The position numbers and the translations under genes are program-made. A stretch of 64,000 nt of DNA from positions 2,170,001 through 2,234,000 of the forward strand of contig CAVNZM010000010.1 in the NCBI GenBank assembly GCA_963693365.1, written 5' to 3'. This DNA is from Amoebidium appalachense (taxonomy: Eukaryota; Protista; Ichthyosporea). Shown here in pieces: positions 25,468 through 64,000 of this stretch. The notes beneath the pieces were generated by a model. That model had not been told where the DNA came from, ran no database searches, and was given only the letters and a program-made list of their open reading frames with translations. Position 1 is the first letter of the stretch, and every line of letters begins with the position of its first letter.

Positions 25468-26057
25468 GAGAGTGGGCGGCTATACCGTACCCAAATACCC
25501 AAACCTAAACCCAGATTCTTAGATTTAATACTAGTATTGACGGTCGATTGGATAACGAAATATAGCATTTCAACCTGCTACCAATCATCGCGTGGTCGGA
25601 TATGCCATAGATCACCATCGAGCACCTGAATCTTATAAGAAAAGCGCCTCTTTGATAGCACATCTTTTACAAATAAGGCAGGTAATTTTGGTTTCACGGT
25701 CCAAAATCTGGGTTTGGGATAGGAATCTAGAAGGAGGGGGGGGGGGGTTTGGGGGGGTCTTCCAGATTCTTAAACCGAATCCACATCTTCAGCGACAACG
25801 AGATGAAGCAAGAAAACGCCAAGAACTAAGATGTGAAGCATATATTTCTGGCATAATTTCGGCCTAAAAATATCATCTTTCTCGCAACATTAATATTTGT
25901 ATCTGTTATAATGCTTTATTATAGTATATATTCTTTGTTTCTTCATCATAATACATAGGCGTGGTGCGAAGCGGCGGTCATGCCGCATGCGTGACATCTA
26001 GGTTTTAAATCTGGGTTTGGGTTTGGGTATTTGGGTACGGTATAGCCGCCCAGTCTC
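25468..26057. mobile_element. Non-autonomous TIR DNA transposon (hAT-like MITE, 590 bp)
   Basis: About 50-bp TIR GAGA(G/C)TGGGCGGCTATACCGTACCCAAATACCCAAACC(T/C)AAACCCAGATT at 25468-25517 and 26008-26057; flanking 8-mers TTCTCTCT/TTTGCTCT match at 6 of 8 positions, suggesting a decayed TSD. Confidence 0.85.
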
Positions 26058-26163
26058 TTTGCTCTCTTGCGCGCGAAGGCAAAATATTATCGATAATTTT
26101 GGCGCCAAAACCGGGTCTTTCGATTCGGGTCACCTCTCCAGTCTGCCCAATCTTATCATAAGC

Positions 26164-49002
<22,839 letters not shown>

Positions 49003-49315
49003 GGACGGATGTGATTTTCCCGTCAATTTTCGACAAGAAGTATTTATTAATTTTTAATATTTTTTTGTTAATTTTTATTTTATTTTTTGGTTTGCAGGTG
49101 ATAGTCATCAGTGAATTTGGACGACGGTACATTAATATACATATTAGAAGTGCCAAGTAAGTGTTTGTAAGTAACCGTGGGTCCCTTTTGACCGCAAAGA
49201 ACCACAATGTAACATCCTGCGTAAAGTGAGTATTCTGAAGACTTGTGCCTTAAAGGTGGTATGTAAAACTGGCTCTATCGCGTGCCCACACAGCTATGCA
49301 GAGGCTAGGGGAAAG

Positions 49316-49355
<40 letters not shown>

Positions 49356-50327
49356 ATGGTACTTTGTGCATGTGATTCGAATGGTATGCTTACGACTATT
49401 TCACCGTAGATCCAACATGATTACTGTGTGCATTGCGCATGCTTGACCCTAAAATGGCTTATCGTACCGAAATGTCCTTAGGTTTGTCGGAGCGATTGCT
49501 GTATTTAGTACGTGATGTGTACATGTCGTCGTGGTCCCATTGTTCAGAACATTGGATGGTGTTGTTCTGTGTTGGTGAAATATTGCGTATGGTGAGAGCT
49601 GTGCTCCTTCGACGTCCAAAAACATAACAAGGCATAAAAATGGCTTGAATGCAAAATTCACGTGGACAGTTTAATAGTTACTCCAGCCACACACATATGT
49701 CCGCGGCTGAGCACCTTTGTTTGCTATAAACAAACCTAGGTTTCGGTTGTCTATTAGTTAAATAAATGCAAGCCCGACTGGCAGAAAGCAGGGACCGGGT
49801 AGGAAATAAGCAGTGCACGTGAGATCTAGCTAGATGGCAATACGTACGTACGTACGTACACCAAGATCTTCGAATGTGCCATGGCCACGCGTACGCGTAT
49901 AAGCGTACGGACCGCGCCGGGTAGTTCAAATTGAATGTGCTTGTTGTTAATTGTTGTTGTTGTTGTGCACGTGGGGGAAGGGCCGTGGAAGGTGATGGTG
50001 GTAGTGGTGCAGGGACGGTCTGAGCGCGCCGAGGCGGTCACGGGCCTGCAAGGCTGCGGGCCCCGGATTGGTGTGTGGGGGGGGGCCCGGGGGGGGGGGG
50101 GGGAGGGGGGGGGGCTGAGGTCAGAAGGGAAGATTAGTCCGTTTGTTTAGGACGTCATTGACAAAATTTATGATAATATAAAGCCGCAGTCTGAAAATCA
50201 AAAGGGCAAAAAGAGTAGAAATAGCGTCTTTGCTAAAGGACTAAAAGGTATTCCTTATCTGCGCGCCATCAGCACTTTGAAGCCTGGTTAGTTAATGCCG
50301 CCACATGTGACCTTTTCACACTTGTTT

Positions 50328-63641
<13,314 letters not shown>

Positions 63642-63648
63642 GTAACCA

Positions 63649-63690
<42 letters not shown>

Positions 63691-63692
63691 CT

Positions 63693-63815
63693 TCTGCTTA
63701 TGACGCATACTGTGCGCACGGCTGATGTTGCATACTTGAATGTTTGCCTTTGCATGTGTCCTGCACCATGCTTCTCATCGTGTATGCGTACTTCGTACTG
63801 TGTTCCGCATTCAAA
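63693..63815 (+). mobile_element. Poly(C)-anchored repeat, subfamily A, 5'-truncated
   Basis: TCTGCTTATGACGCATACTGTGCGC...CCGCATTCAAA flanked by C tracts. Confidence 0.9.
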
Positions 63816-64000
63816 CCCCCCCCCCCCCCCTCCTTTGCCCACTTGCCCCACCTCCCCCCCCCCCCCCCCCCCCCCGAGGACTCCTCGTAGGCCTTGGTTA
63901 TAACGCGTGTACGTGCAAGTGTCCGTGCGCGCTGTGTGTGTGTGCAAGTGTCCGTGTGTGTGCATGTGTGCATGTGTGCGTGTGCGGTCTGCACATGCCG

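Overview
Eukaryotic genomic DNA with long introns packed with (GT)n/(CA)n/(GA)n microsatellites and poly-G/poly-C tracts. The lumazine synthase is fungal-type with no transit peptide, so an opisthokont protist or early-diverging fungus is inferred. Almost all ORFs in the supplied track are microsatellite artefacts. I reconstructed four spliced genes by hand with consistent exon phases: lumazine synthase RIB4 (+, 3 coding exons), NEDD8 E1 subunit UBA3 (-, 11 coding exons), a 2x cNMP-binding + F-box + LRR protein (+, about 22 exons), and the 5' part of a Fun30/SMARCAD1 remodeller (+, runs off the window). There is also an intron-free, disrupted F-box/ankyrin-like gene (-, 1.8-5.6 kb) and at least eight TIR/foldback MITE-like elements. 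The most interesting signal is a superfamily of short (~400 nt full-length, mostly 5'-truncated) poly(C)-anchored intronic repeats. Every copy I could place in a gene lies sense to its host gene. Their conserved core contains all hammerhead-ribozyme catalytic nucleotides and three covarying stems, but the strand order is scrambled (non-circularly permuted), fitting none of hammerhead types I-III. Secondary signals are 5'-GT/G versus 3'-CA/C polarity in many introns and repeated 'echo' duplications of splice junctions.
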